NCBI GenBank assembly: GCA_049323295.1
Contig: JBMOON010000040.1
Location: 79,074 to 143,073, forward strand
Direction of reading: 5' to 3'
DNA from: Pseudomonadota bacterium
GTDB taxonomy: Bacteria; Pseudomonadota; Gammaproteobacteria; Pseudomonadales; JADFDG01
DNA: 64,000 nt
A program made the position numbers and the translations under genes. Below, piece after piece: positions 55,054-63,220 of the stretch (position 1 is the stretch's first letter; every line of letters begins with the position of its first letter). Under the pieces are notes generated by a model. It was not told the origin of the DNA and ran no database searches. It worked only from the letters and a program-made list of their open reading frames with translations.

Positions 55054-55920
55054 ATGTCCGATTACCGGAACATCCGCTACCGCGTTGCCGACGGCATCGC
55101 CGAAATCCGCCTGTTCCGCCCGGAGCGCATGAACGCGTTCACCATCGACATGAAGAACGAGCTGGTCGACGTGCTCGGTCGTGTCGATCGCGACGATGCG
55201 GTGCGGGTCGCCATCCTCACCGGCGAGGGCAAGGCGTTCTGCGCCGGCATGGAGCTGGAGGCCGAGGGCGACATCTTCGGCTACGACATCCCGCAGGGCG
55301 AGAAACTCAACCTGCACGAGATCCGCGATTCCGGCGGCGAGGTGGTGCTCGCCGCCTACAACTGCCGCAAGCCGCTGATCGCGGCGGTCAACGGGGCCGC
55401 CGTCGGCGTCGGCGCCACCATGCTGCTGCCGTTCGATTTCCGGCTCTGCACGCACAAGGCCCGGTTCGGTTTCGTGTTTGTGCAGCGCGGCATCGTGCCG
55501 GAATCCTGCTCGATGTGGTTCCTGCCGCGGCTGGTCGGCATGCAGCAGGCGCTGGAGTGGACGCTCACCGGCGACCTGTTCGATGCACAGGAAGCGCTGC
55601 GCGGCGGACTGGTGCGTTCCGTGCATGCGCCGGAAGACCTGTTGTCGGCGGCATACGAATTGGCAAAACGCATCCGCGACCGCACCTCGGCCATTTCGGT
55701 GGCCATCGCCCGCCAGATGATGTGGCGCAGTGCCGCGCTCGATCACCCGATGCAGGCGCATGTCATCGATTCCACGCTGATGTACCAGACCTACCAGATG
55801 CCGGACGGCAAGGACGGATTCGCCGCTTTCCTCGAGAAACGCGCACCGGTGTTCCGCGCGAAGGTCAGCAGCGATCTGCCGTCTGGCTATCCGTGGTGGC
55901 AGGAGCCGGAGCTGAAATGA
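55054..55920 (+). CDS. crotonase-superfamily (enoyl-CoA hydratase/isomerase) protein
   Basis: 288 aa. IRLFRPERMNAF..., FCAGMELE, and AAVNGAAVGVGATMLLPFD. Confidence 0.85.
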   Translation: MSDYRNIRYRVADGIAEIRLFRPERMNAFTIDMKNELVDVLGRVDRDDAVRVAILTGEGKAFCAGMELEAEGDIFGYDIPQGEKLNLHEIRDSGGEVVLAAYNCRKPLIAAVNGAAVGVGATMLLPFDFRLCTHKARFGFVFVQRGIVPESCSMWFLPRLVGMQQALEWTLTGDLFDAQEALRGGLVRSVHAPEDLLSAAYELAKRIRDRTSAISVAIARQMMWRSAALDHPMQAHVIDSTLMYQTYQMPDGKDGFAAFLEKRAPVFRAKVSSDLPSGYPWWQEPELK

Positions 55921-56606
55921 TGCGTCGTTTTCTTCTTTCCCTGTTGTTGCTGTGTGTGGCCGCGCCGGTTGCTGCCGTGGCACCGCCACCCTGGGAATAT
56001 TCGGGCGAAACGCAGGGCATAAAAATATGGACCCGGCAGATTCCGGGCAATCCGGTGAAGGATTTCCGCGCCGTGATGACCGTCGATGCGCCGCTGGCTA
56101 CCGTGGTGGCGACGTTGACCGACGTAAATACCATTCCGCAGTGGTTCTGGATGATGACCGAGGCGCGCACGATCGAGGGCAGCACTCTCGACGATGCCTA
56201 TCTGTATTTCGCCATCGGCGGCATCTGGCCGGTGAGCGCACGCGATTCGGTGATCCGTTGCACGGTGGCCCAGGATCCGGCGACGCTGGCGATCAGCATC
56301 AACGCTACGGCGGCGCCCGACCGCATGCCGCCGGTGAAGAACCATGTGCGCATCCCGCAGATGGACTCCGCCTGGACCCTGGTGCCGCTCTCGAAGACGC
56401 AGACCCGCGTCGAGCTGATCGGCAATGCCGACCCTGGCGGCTACATTCCGTTGTGGCTGGCCAACATGGTGGTGACCACCATGCCGAAGGAAACGTTCCG
56501 CAAGCTGCGTCGCCATCTGGCCGATCCGCGCTACCGCGACGTGGCGGCGTTGTCGGAGGAAAATCCCATGCTGCGCGACTTCATGAGCCGGGTGCGCGTG
56601 CCGTGA
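55917..56606 (+). CDS. START-domain lipid-binding protein with signal peptide
   Basis: ATG 55917 overlaps the previous stop (ATGA). Signal MMRRFLLSLLLLCVAAPVAAVA. START-like blocks (GIKIWTRQIPGNPVKDFRAVMTVDAPL, WPVSARDSV, DPGGYIPLWLAN). Confidence 0.7.
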   Translation: MMRRFLLSLLLLCVAAPVAAVAPPPWEYSGETQGIKIWTRQIPGNPVKDFRAVMTVDAPLATVVATLTDVNTIPQWFWMMTEARTIEGSTLDDAYLYFAIGGIWPVSARDSVIRCTVAQDPATLAISINATAAPDRMPPVKNHVRIPQMDSAWTLVPLSKTQTRVELIGNADPGGYIPLWLANMVVTTMPKETFRKLRRHLADPRYRDVAALSEENPMLRDFMSRVRVP

Positions 56607-57043
56607 GCGGCGCCATCGATCCGCGGGCGCTGCGCATTCCCGACGGTTTCCGGCACTGGGAAGGCGATCCCGCGGAAGACCGGATCGGGCCGTTTTTCTA
56701 CCGCCAGCCGGCGGCAGGCCGCGTCGAGAGCGTGTTCCGCGTGCAGTCGCACCATGTCAACACCTATGGCGCGGTGCACGGCGGCGTACTGATGACGTTC
56801 GCCGATTACACGCTGTGTCTGGCGGCCGTCGAAAAGGAAGGGGATGTGGTGGTGACGGTCAGCGCCACCTGCGATTTCGTCGATGCCGGTCGTGACGGTG
56901 AATTGCTGACCGGCATCGGCGAAACGGTGAAGCTGACCGGCTCGCTGGCGTTCACCCGCGCCATCCTCGTCGCCGATCGCGGCGGCGCCGGCGAACGGGT
57001 GCTGATGACGGCGAGCGGCGTCATCAAGCGGGTCCGGAAGTGA
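56603..57043 (+). CDS. PaaI-family hotdog-fold thioesterase
   Basis: GTG 56603 overlaps the previous stop (GTGA). ...NTYGAVHGGVLMTFADYTLCLAA... motif. 146 aa. Confidence 0.8.
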   Translation: MSGAIDPRALRIPDGFRHWEGDPAEDRIGPFFYRQPAAGRVESVFRVQSHHVNTYGAVHGGVLMTFADYTLCLAAVEKEGDVVVTVSATCDFVDAGRDGELLTGIGETVKLTGSLAFTRAILVADRGGAGERVLMTASGVIKRVRK

Positions 57044-57430
57044 TCAGGCGCTGAACGCGAACATGGCCACCCAGCAGGCGACGGCCAGCGCCCACACCAC
57101 GGAACGCAGCAGCGCACGGTCGGCGATGTACAGCACGCCGTAGAGCAGGCGCAGCACCACCCAGCCGATTGCCAGCTGATCGAGCCGTGCCGGATCGATC
57201 TTCCCGACATGGCTGGCCACGAGTACGGCGGCGGCGAACGCCGGGAATGCCTCGAAGGCATTGAGCTGTGCCCAGTGGGCACGCTTGCGCGGCCCTTCGA
57301 GCGCGTCGAGGAATTCGCGCGGACGGTAATTGTGCCGCGGCTTGAATCCATCGCCGGTGAACTTGGCGAAAAAGGCCCAGAGCAGCGGCATGAGGGCGCC
57401 GATCAGCACGCACCACAGGGCAATCGTCAT
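57044..57430 (-). CDS. MAPEG-family membrane protein
   Basis: 128 aa, 4 TM helices, ...RAHWAQLNAFEAFPAFAAAVL... and ...LRLLYGVLYIAD... blocks. Confidence 0.8.
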   Translation of the reverse strand: MTIALWCVLIGALMPLLWAFFAKFTGDGFKPRHNYRPREFLDALEGPRKRAHWAQLNAFEAFPAFAAAVLVASHVGKIDPARLDQLAIGWVVLRLLYGVLYIADRALLRSVVWALAVACWVAMFAFSA

Positions 57431-57452
57431 TGTCGTTCTCCGGTCGTGGTCG

Positions 57453-57800
57453 TCAGTGGGTACTGCGGAACATGAAGTAGACGGCGCCGACCAGGCACAG
57501 GCCGGCCCAGAGGAAATCGAGCCGCAGCGGCGTCTTCATGTACAGGACGGCAAACGGCACGAATACCGACAGCGTGATCACTTCCTGCAGGATCTTGAGT
57601 TGCCCGATATCCATTGCCGTGTAGCCGATGCGGTTGGCCGGCACCATCAGCAGGTATTCGAACAGGGCGATGCCCCAGCTGACGATGGCCGCGATGAACC
57701 ACGGCTTGTCGTTCAGGTTCTTCAGGTGGGCATACCAGGCGAACGTCATGAACACGTTCGAGGCCAGGAGGAGCAGGGTGGTCTGCAGAATGACCGGCAT
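57453..57800 (-). CDS. DMT-superfamily small membrane protein (DUF486-like)
   Basis: Trimmed to ATG 57800 (MPVILQTTLLLLASNVFMTFAWYAHLK...). 115 aa, 4 TM helices. Confidence 0.75.
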   Translation of the reverse strand: MPVILQTTLLLLASNVFMTFAWYAHLKNLNDKPWFIAAIVSWGIALFEYLLMVPANRIGYTAMDIGQLKILQEVITLSVFVPFAVLYMKTPLRLDFLWAGLCLVGAVYFMFRSTH

Positions 57801-57912
57801 GTGCGGCATTTCCGGATGAGGGGTGGCCCGGGCAATGGCCGGATTGTAGACCGCGTCGCGCGCTCCGGGCATGCTTCGGGTGCCACGCAAGCCATGCGAT
57901 GAGGGAACAGCC

Positions 57913-58953
57913 ATGCATTGTCCGTCCTGCTACAAGAAAATCGGCGACGACGACCGGAACTGCCCGCACTGCGGCACGTCGCTGTCCCTGTTCAATCCGC
58001 CGTCGTCCAATCCGTCGACCCGCGCGATCCAGGAGGGCGAGGCCGAATACGCCGGTTTCTGGGTCCGCGCGGCAGCCCACATCCTCGACGGTTTCATCAT
58101 CGGTTTTGCCAGCCTGCTGGTACTGGTGCCGTTGATGTTCGTCATTGGCTGGCCGCAACAGGCCATGGCCGAGCCGGGACGCATGGGCGGCGCCGACGCG
58201 GTCATCCAGTTGATTTCCATCGGCATGGCCTGGCTGTACTACGCGCTGCTCGAGAGCTCTGCCGGGCGTTCCACGTTCGGCAAGCGGCTGCTGGGCCTGC
58301 AGGTTTCCGACATGCAGGGCGAACAGATCACTTTCGCCCGCGCCACCGGCCGCTACTTCGCGACGCTGCTGTGCTACATCACGTTCCTGGTCGGCTTCAT
58401 CATGGCGGCCTTCACGGCGCGCAAGCAGGCGCTGCATGACATGGCGGTCGGCACCGTGGTCACCTACCGGCCGGGTGCGTCGCGCAAGACCGGCTGCGTG
58501 ATCGCGCTGGTGGCGGCTTTCCTGATTGTGACCGTGATCGGCGTCCTGGCCGCGATCGCCGTCCCCGTCTACCAGGACTACGTCAAGCGGGCGCAGGCCG
58601 CGCAGATGGAGCAGGAGATGCCGGGCATCGACATGCCGGAAGAAGACATGGTCGACCCGGGCCAGCTCGCCGCCTTCGCGGCGCAGGCCGAGCTGGCGGC
58701 CGACGCGGTCGAGGCATCCTATGCGGCGAACGGTGAAATGCCGGCGTCGGTCGATGCGCTGCAGGTCGAGTTCGACGGCAACGAGGCGGCACCGGTGGTG
58801 GCGATCGGTGACGGCGGTGTCATCACGGCATTCTCCCGCGACGGCACGATGCAGCTTACGATGATGCCGCAGGTGGCCGGCGACGGAACGATCAGCTGGA
58901 TGTGTGCCGGCGACGGACTGGGCGACGAGGGGTTCCCGGCGCGCTGCCAGTGA
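57913..58953 (+). CDS. zinc-ribbon / RDD-domain / type-IV-pilin-like fusion protein
   Basis: ATG 57913 (GAGGGA upstream). CPSC-x10-CPHC ribbon and an RDD core (WVRAAAHILDGFII...GKRLLGLQVSD...ALHDMAVGTVV). A helix IGVLAAIAVPVYQDYVKRAQ closely matches the pilin alpha1 helix. C-terminal W-x-C-x13-C disulfide-loop pattern. Confidence 0.8.
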   Translation: MHCPSCYKKIGDDDRNCPHCGTSLSLFNPPSSNPSTRAIQEGEAEYAGFWVRAAAHILDGFIIGFASLLVLVPLMFVIGWPQQAMAEPGRMGGADAVIQLISIGMAWLYYALLESSAGRSTFGKRLLGLQVSDMQGEQITFARATGRYFATLLCYITFLVGFIMAAFTARKQALHDMAVGTVVTYRPGASRKTGCVIALVAAFLIVTVIGVLAAIAVPVYQDYVKRAQAAQMEQEMPGIDMPEEDMVDPGQLAAFAAQAELAADAVEASYAANGEMPASVDALQVEFDGNEAAPVVAIGDGGVITAFSRDGTMQLTMMPQVAGDGTISWMCAGDGLGDEGFPARCQ

Positions 58954-58968
58954 CGACGCGCGGTGTCG

Positions 58969-59007
58969 CGAAGAAGGCGGGTGTTTCCCGCCTTCTTCGT
59001 TTTCGTT
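58969..59007 (+). terminator. intrinsic terminator
   Basis: Perfect 13-bp stem cgaagaaggcggg / cccgccttcttcg with loop tgttt, followed by ttttcgtt. Confidence 0.75.
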
Positions 59008-59039
59008 CAAAGCGACCCCGGTAAGTCGCGGGCGGGTAT

Positions 59040-60719
59040 TTACAGGTTCTTGTCGGTTACTGCGCCTTCGGAGGCGGAAGACACGGTTGCCGCGTACTTG
59101 GCCAGCACGCCGCGCCGGTACTTCGGTTCCGGGCGTTTCCACGCCGCTAGACGTTTTTTCACTTCCGCCGCGTCGACGTGCAGCGTGATCTCGCGCGTCT
59201 CGGCGTCGATGGTGATGCGGTCGCCGTTCTGCACGATGGCCAGCGGGCCGCCCTCGAAGGCTTCCGGCGCGATGTGGCCGACGACGAAGCCGTGCGAGCC
59301 GCCGGAGAAGCGGCCGTCGGTGATCAGCGCGACGTCCTTGCCCAGTCCCTTGCCCATGACGGCGGACGTCGGCGACAGCATTTCGCGCATTCCGGGGCCG
59401 CCCTTCGGGCCCTCGAACTGGATGACGATGACGTCGCCCGCCTTCACTTCGCCGTTGAGGATGCCGGTGAGCGCGCCTTCCTCGCCCTGGTACACGCGCG
59501 CGCTGCCTTCGAAGCGCAGGCCTTCCTTGCCGGTGATCTTGGCGACGGCGCCGGCCGGGGCGAGGTTGCCGCGCAGCACGACCAGGTGCGAATCCTTTTT
59601 GATCGGTTTGTCGAACGGATAAATGATGTCCTGGCCGGCCGGATAGTCCTTCACGCCTTTCAGGTTTTCGGCGAGCGTTTTGCCGGTGACCGTCATCACG
59701 TCGCCGTGCAGCAGGCCGGCATCGAGCATGCGCTTCATCAGCGGCTGGATGCCGCCGATGGCGACCAGCTCGCTCATCATGTACTTGCCGGACGGGCGCA
59801 GGTCGGCCAGCAGCGGTGTGTCCTTGCCCAGGCGCACGAAATCGTCCAGCGACAGGTCGACGTCGCATTCGTGCGCCATGGCGATCAGGTGCAGCACGGC
59901 ATTGGTCGAGCCGCCCAGCGCAATGACCACGCGGATCGAGTTCTCGAACGCCTTCTTCGTCATGATGTCGCGCGGTTTGATGTCAAGCCTCAGCAGGTTG
60001 ACGACCGCCTCGCCGGCGCGCACGCAATCGTTTTTCTTGTCCTGCGAAATGGCGTCCTGCGCCGACGAGCCCGGCAGTGACATGCCGAGCGCCTCGATGG
60101 CGCTGGCCATGGTATTCGCCGTATACATGCCGCCGCAGGAGCCCGGGCCGGGGATCGCCACTTCCTCGATCTGCTTGACCTGGATGGCGTTCAGCTCGCC
60201 GCGCGCGTGGCGGCCCACCGCTTCGAACACGGAAATGATGTCGGTGTGGCCGGCGCCCGGCTTGATGGTGCCGCCATAGACGAACACCGACGGGCGATTC
60301 AGCCGCGCCATGGCCATGATGCAGCCCGGCATGTTCTTGTCGCAGCCGCCGATGGTGACGAGGCCGTCGAAGCCTTCGCAGCCGGTCACCGCTTCGATGG
60401 AGTCGGCGATGATCTCGCGCGACACCAGCGAGTACTTCATGCCCTCGGTGCCGTTGGCGATGCCGTCGGAAATGGTGATGGTGTTGAAGATCACCGCCTT
60501 GCCGCCGGCGGCATTGGCACCTTTCTCGGCTTCCAGCGCCAGCTTGTCGATGTGCATGTTGCAGGGCGTGACCATCGCCCAGGTGGAGGCGATGCCGATC
60601 TGCGGCTTCTTGAAGTCGGCGTCGGTGAAGCCGACAGCGCGCAGCATGGAGCGTGCCGGGGCGCACTCGATGCCGTCAACGACTTCGGAGGAATGTTTGC
60701 GCAGGTTTTCATCGGTCAT
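59040..60719 (-). CDS. ilvD: dihydroxy-acid dehydratase
   Basis: Trimmed to ATG 60719 (MTDENLRKHSSEVVDG...). GGCDKNMPG Fe-S motif. About 559 aa, the short IlvD type. Confidence 0.95.
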   Translation of the reverse strand: MTDENLRKHSSEVVDGIECAPARSMLRAVGFTDADFKKPQIGIASTWAMVTPCNMHIDKLALEAEKGANAAGGKAVIFNTITISDGIANGTEGMKYSLVSREIIADSIEAVTGCEGFDGLVTIGGCDKNMPGCIMAMARLNRPSVFVYGGTIKPGAGHTDIISVFEAVGRHARGELNAIQVKQIEEVAIPGPGSCGGMYTANTMASAIEALGMSLPGSSAQDAISQDKKNDCVRAGEAVVNLLRLDIKPRDIMTKKAFENSIRVVIALGGSTNAVLHLIAMAHECDVDLSLDDFVRLGKDTPLLADLRPSGKYMMSELVAIGGIQPLMKRMLDAGLLHGDVMTVTGKTLAENLKGVKDYPAGQDIIYPFDKPIKKDSHLVVLRGNLAPAGAVAKITGKEGLRFEGSARVYQGEEGALTGILNGEVKAGDVIVIQFEGPKGGPGMREMLSPTSAVMGKGLGKDVALITDGRFSGGSHGFVVGHIAPEAFEGGPLAIVQNGDRITIDAETREITLHVDAAEVKKRLAAWKRPEPKYRRGVLAKYAATVSSASEGAVTDKNL

Positions 60720-60756
60720 GACAGCAATTCCAGTTCCTGGGTTCCAGATCGGTGTT

Positions 60757-62079
60757 TCAGAGATTTTTGGCAAAGACTTTCGAATTTCGCTGGAGGTTGT
60801 ACAGCGATTTTTTCGGTTCCGGCAGGTCGCCCGGCGCGCTGGCGGCGAAGCCCTGCTCCTGGAAGAAGTGCGCGGTCTGCGTCGTCAGCGTGTACAGGCG
60901 GGTCATGCCCTGCGTCCGGGCCCGCTTCTCGATTTCCTCCAGCAGCCAGGCGGCCCGGCCGGCGCGCTGGTAGTCCGCATGCACGGCGACGCAGGCCAGT
61001 TCGCCCGCGCGATCGGCCAGCGGATAGAGTGCGGCGCAGCCGATGATCGAGCCATCGCGTTCGATCACGTGGAAGAACCGGATTTCGGTTTCCAGCTGTT
61101 CGCGCGCCCGCTTGACCAGGACGCCGGCTTCTTCCAGCGGACGGATCAGTTCGAGGATACCGCCGACGTCTTCCACCACCGCGGCGCGGATGGTCTCGAA
61201 CGATTCGCGCGATACCAGCGTCCCGCAGCCGTCGCGGGTGAACAGTTCCTGCAGCAGCGCACCGTCGCGGACGTGCGAGATCAGGTGCGCGCGCGCCACG
61301 CCGTTGGCGGTGGCATGCGCGGCGGCGGCGAGGTGGCGGGCGGCCGTCGTGTCGAGCACTTTCTTGCCGCTCAGCAGGGTTTGCGCCTGCTGCGGCGTCA
61401 GGTCGCGGACCAGCATGCCGTTGCCGGCGGCGGAACCGTCGCGCACGCCCTCGTCGTCGCCGAGGAAGATCAGCTTGTCGGCCTTCAGGGCGATGGCGGC
61501 GGTGGTCGCCACCTCTTCCGAGTTGAGGTTGAAAACCTCGCCGGTCGGCGAGTAGCCCAGCGGCGACAGCAGCACGATGGCGCCGGCATCGAGCGCGGCA
61601 CCGATCGCCTGCGTGTCGATGCGCCGGATCTCGCCGGTGTGCTGGTAGTCGAAACCATCGCGCACGCCGACCGGCCGCGCGGTGACGAAATTCCCCGACA
61701 GCGCCCGCAGCCGGGCGTTGTGCATCGGCGAATTGGCGAGCCCCATCGACAGCTGTGCTTCGATGCGGATGCGCACACGGCCGACGGCATCCTCGATGTA
61801 GGGCAGCGCCTCGGCAGTGGTGATGCGCGTGTGGCGATCGAATTTCGTTTCGATGCCGTGCTGCTTCAGGTGGGCGCCGATCTGGGGCCGCGCCCCGTGC
61901 ACCAGCACCAGCCGGATGCCGAGGCTGTCGAGCAGTGCGATGTCGTGGCCCAGGGTCGCGAAACGTTCGCTCGCCACCGCTTCACCGGGCACGAACAGCA
62001 CGAAGGTGCGGCCGCGATGCGCGTTGATGTACGGCGAGGAGTTGCGGAACCACTGCACCCAGGCGGCGGTGTCCTGCAT
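60757..62079 (-). CDS. argA: amino-acid N-acetyltransferase (N-acetylglutamate synthase)
   Basis: 440 aa. N-terminal amino-acid-kinase fold (WFRNSSPYINAHRGRTFVL...) plus a C-terminal GNAT domain (…HADYQRAGRAAWLLEEIEKRA…). Confidence 0.95.
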   Translation of the reverse strand: MQDTAAWVQWFRNSSPYINAHRGRTFVLFVPGEAVASERFATLGHDIALLDSLGIRLVLVHGARPQIGAHLKQHGIETKFDRHTRITTAEALPYIEDAVGRVRIRIEAQLSMGLANSPMHNARLRALSGNFVTARPVGVRDGFDYQHTGEIRRIDTQAIGAALDAGAIVLLSPLGYSPTGEVFNLNSEEVATTAAIALKADKLIFLGDDEGVRDGSAAGNGMLVRDLTPQQAQTLLSGKKVLDTTAARHLAAAAHATANGVARAHLISHVRDGALLQELFTRDGCGTLVSRESFETIRAAVVEDVGGILELIRPLEEAGVLVKRAREQLETEIRFFHVIERDGSIIGCAALYPLADRAGELACVAVHADYQRAGRAAWLLEEIEKRARTQGMTRLYTLTTQTAHFFQEQGFAASAPGDLPEPKKSLYNLQRNSKVFAKNL

Positions 62080-62148
62080 GGCGTGACGCTCCTGCGGAGG
62101 CCTGCGGAAGAGGCGGAGCGGCCGATTATAGCGGTCGATGTCGGGCCT

Positions 62149-63123
62149 TCATTCACCGCCGGCGGCGAAATGCCGCCAGCGATGCAGGAAGGATTCGGCC
62201 AGGCCGGGGCGGTCGAGCACCGGATGCAGCCGGCAGGCGAAGGCACGGCGATCGCGCCAGCGCAGGGTGGCGGCGGACACCGGCCAGCCGGGACTGCCGG
62301 GCGCGACGCCGACGAGTCCGGCCGGCTCGCCGGCGCCGCCGGCAACGAAACCCGGCGGCGGCCAGTCGCCGAGGTTGGAGTAGGAACCGGCATGACGCCC
62401 GGGCGCCGCACGCAACAGGCGGTACAGCAGACGTACGCCGCCGGCGCCGATCCAGCGGCCGACGGTGAGACCGCGCCATTGTCGCCAGTGTTCGCCGGCG
62501 CCGAGGCGTGCGGCAGTCTGGCGCTGCAGGTCTGCTGCGCGGTCTTCGCCGTACAGCACGAGGCCGACCCCGCTGCAATGGTTCATGGTCGGTCGTGCCG
62601 CCGCGACCGCGCCGCGCAGGTTCACCGGAAACAGCCAGGGCATCGGCGAATCGGCGGTCACCAGCAGGCCGCGGGCAGCGCGGTCGGCGGTCCACAGCAG
62701 CCAGCTGGTGGTGCCGACGCCGGCGGCACGGGCAGCGGCGTCGATAACCGCGCTTTCCGCGCGGTCCAGCAGGCAGGCCGCCGGCGGTTGTTGCGCCCGC
62801 TCCCCGCTGCGCGCCGGATCGAGATCGAGCCACACCGGCGGCGCGGCGGGTCGCGGCGGGGTGTGCGGGCGGACGACGGGCTGCCGGCCGCGGCCCGCCG
62901 GGAGGGCCCCGATGCGCCAGCCGCGGGCGGCGAACAACTCGGCCAGGGCGCCGATGCCGTCGTAGTGCCGGTGGCTGAGCGTCTGCCAGTGTGGCCGCCC
63001 GGTATCGTCGAAGAAACCGAACCACATGCGGTCGTCGATGTTGTCGGCCAGCCGTGCCCGGTACCACAGGCCGACCGGATCGGTGTCGTCGGGCTCGGGG
63101 ATGTCGGTCTGCCAGTCGCTCAT
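62149..63123 (-). CDS. hypothetical protein with HxxxDG acyltransferase (condensation/CAT-like) motif
   Basis: 324-aa ORF. H51-R-H-Y-D55-G56 (SHRHYDGIGALAELF) matches the catalytic HxxxDG motif. The rest is Pro/Arg/Ala-rich but has a coding-like third-position GC bias. I cannot name a family. Confidence 0.55.
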   Translation of the reverse strand: MSDWQTDIPEPDDTDPVGLWYRARLADNIDDRMWFGFFDDTGRPHWQTLSHRHYDGIGALAELFAARGWRIGALPAGRGRQPVVRPHTPPRPAAPPVWLDLDPARSGERAQQPPAACLLDRAESAVIDAAARAAGVGTTSWLLWTADRAARGLLVTADSPMPWLFPVNLRGAVAAARPTMNHCSGVGLVLYGEDRAADLQRQTAARLGAGEHWRQWRGLTVGRWIGAGGVRLLYRLLRAAPGRHAGSYSNLGDWPPPGFVAGGAGEPAGLVGVAPGSPGWPVSAATLRWRDRRAFACRLHPVLDRPGLAESFLHRWRHFAAGGE

Positions 63124-63220
63124 GTCCGTCGGGCCGCCGGCGGCCGGTGCCGGGGGAGGACGATTGTGGCGAGGCGGCGGGCGGGACGCTTGTCCGCGGC
63201 GGCCAGAAACTTGCCGGGTG

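Noticed and set aside
57913-58953. Type IV pilus or type II secretion locus
   Set aside because: Only a single pilin-like domain is present, fused to RDD. No pilB/C/D/M-Q, gsp or tad genes are in the 64 kb, so this is not a pilus operon.
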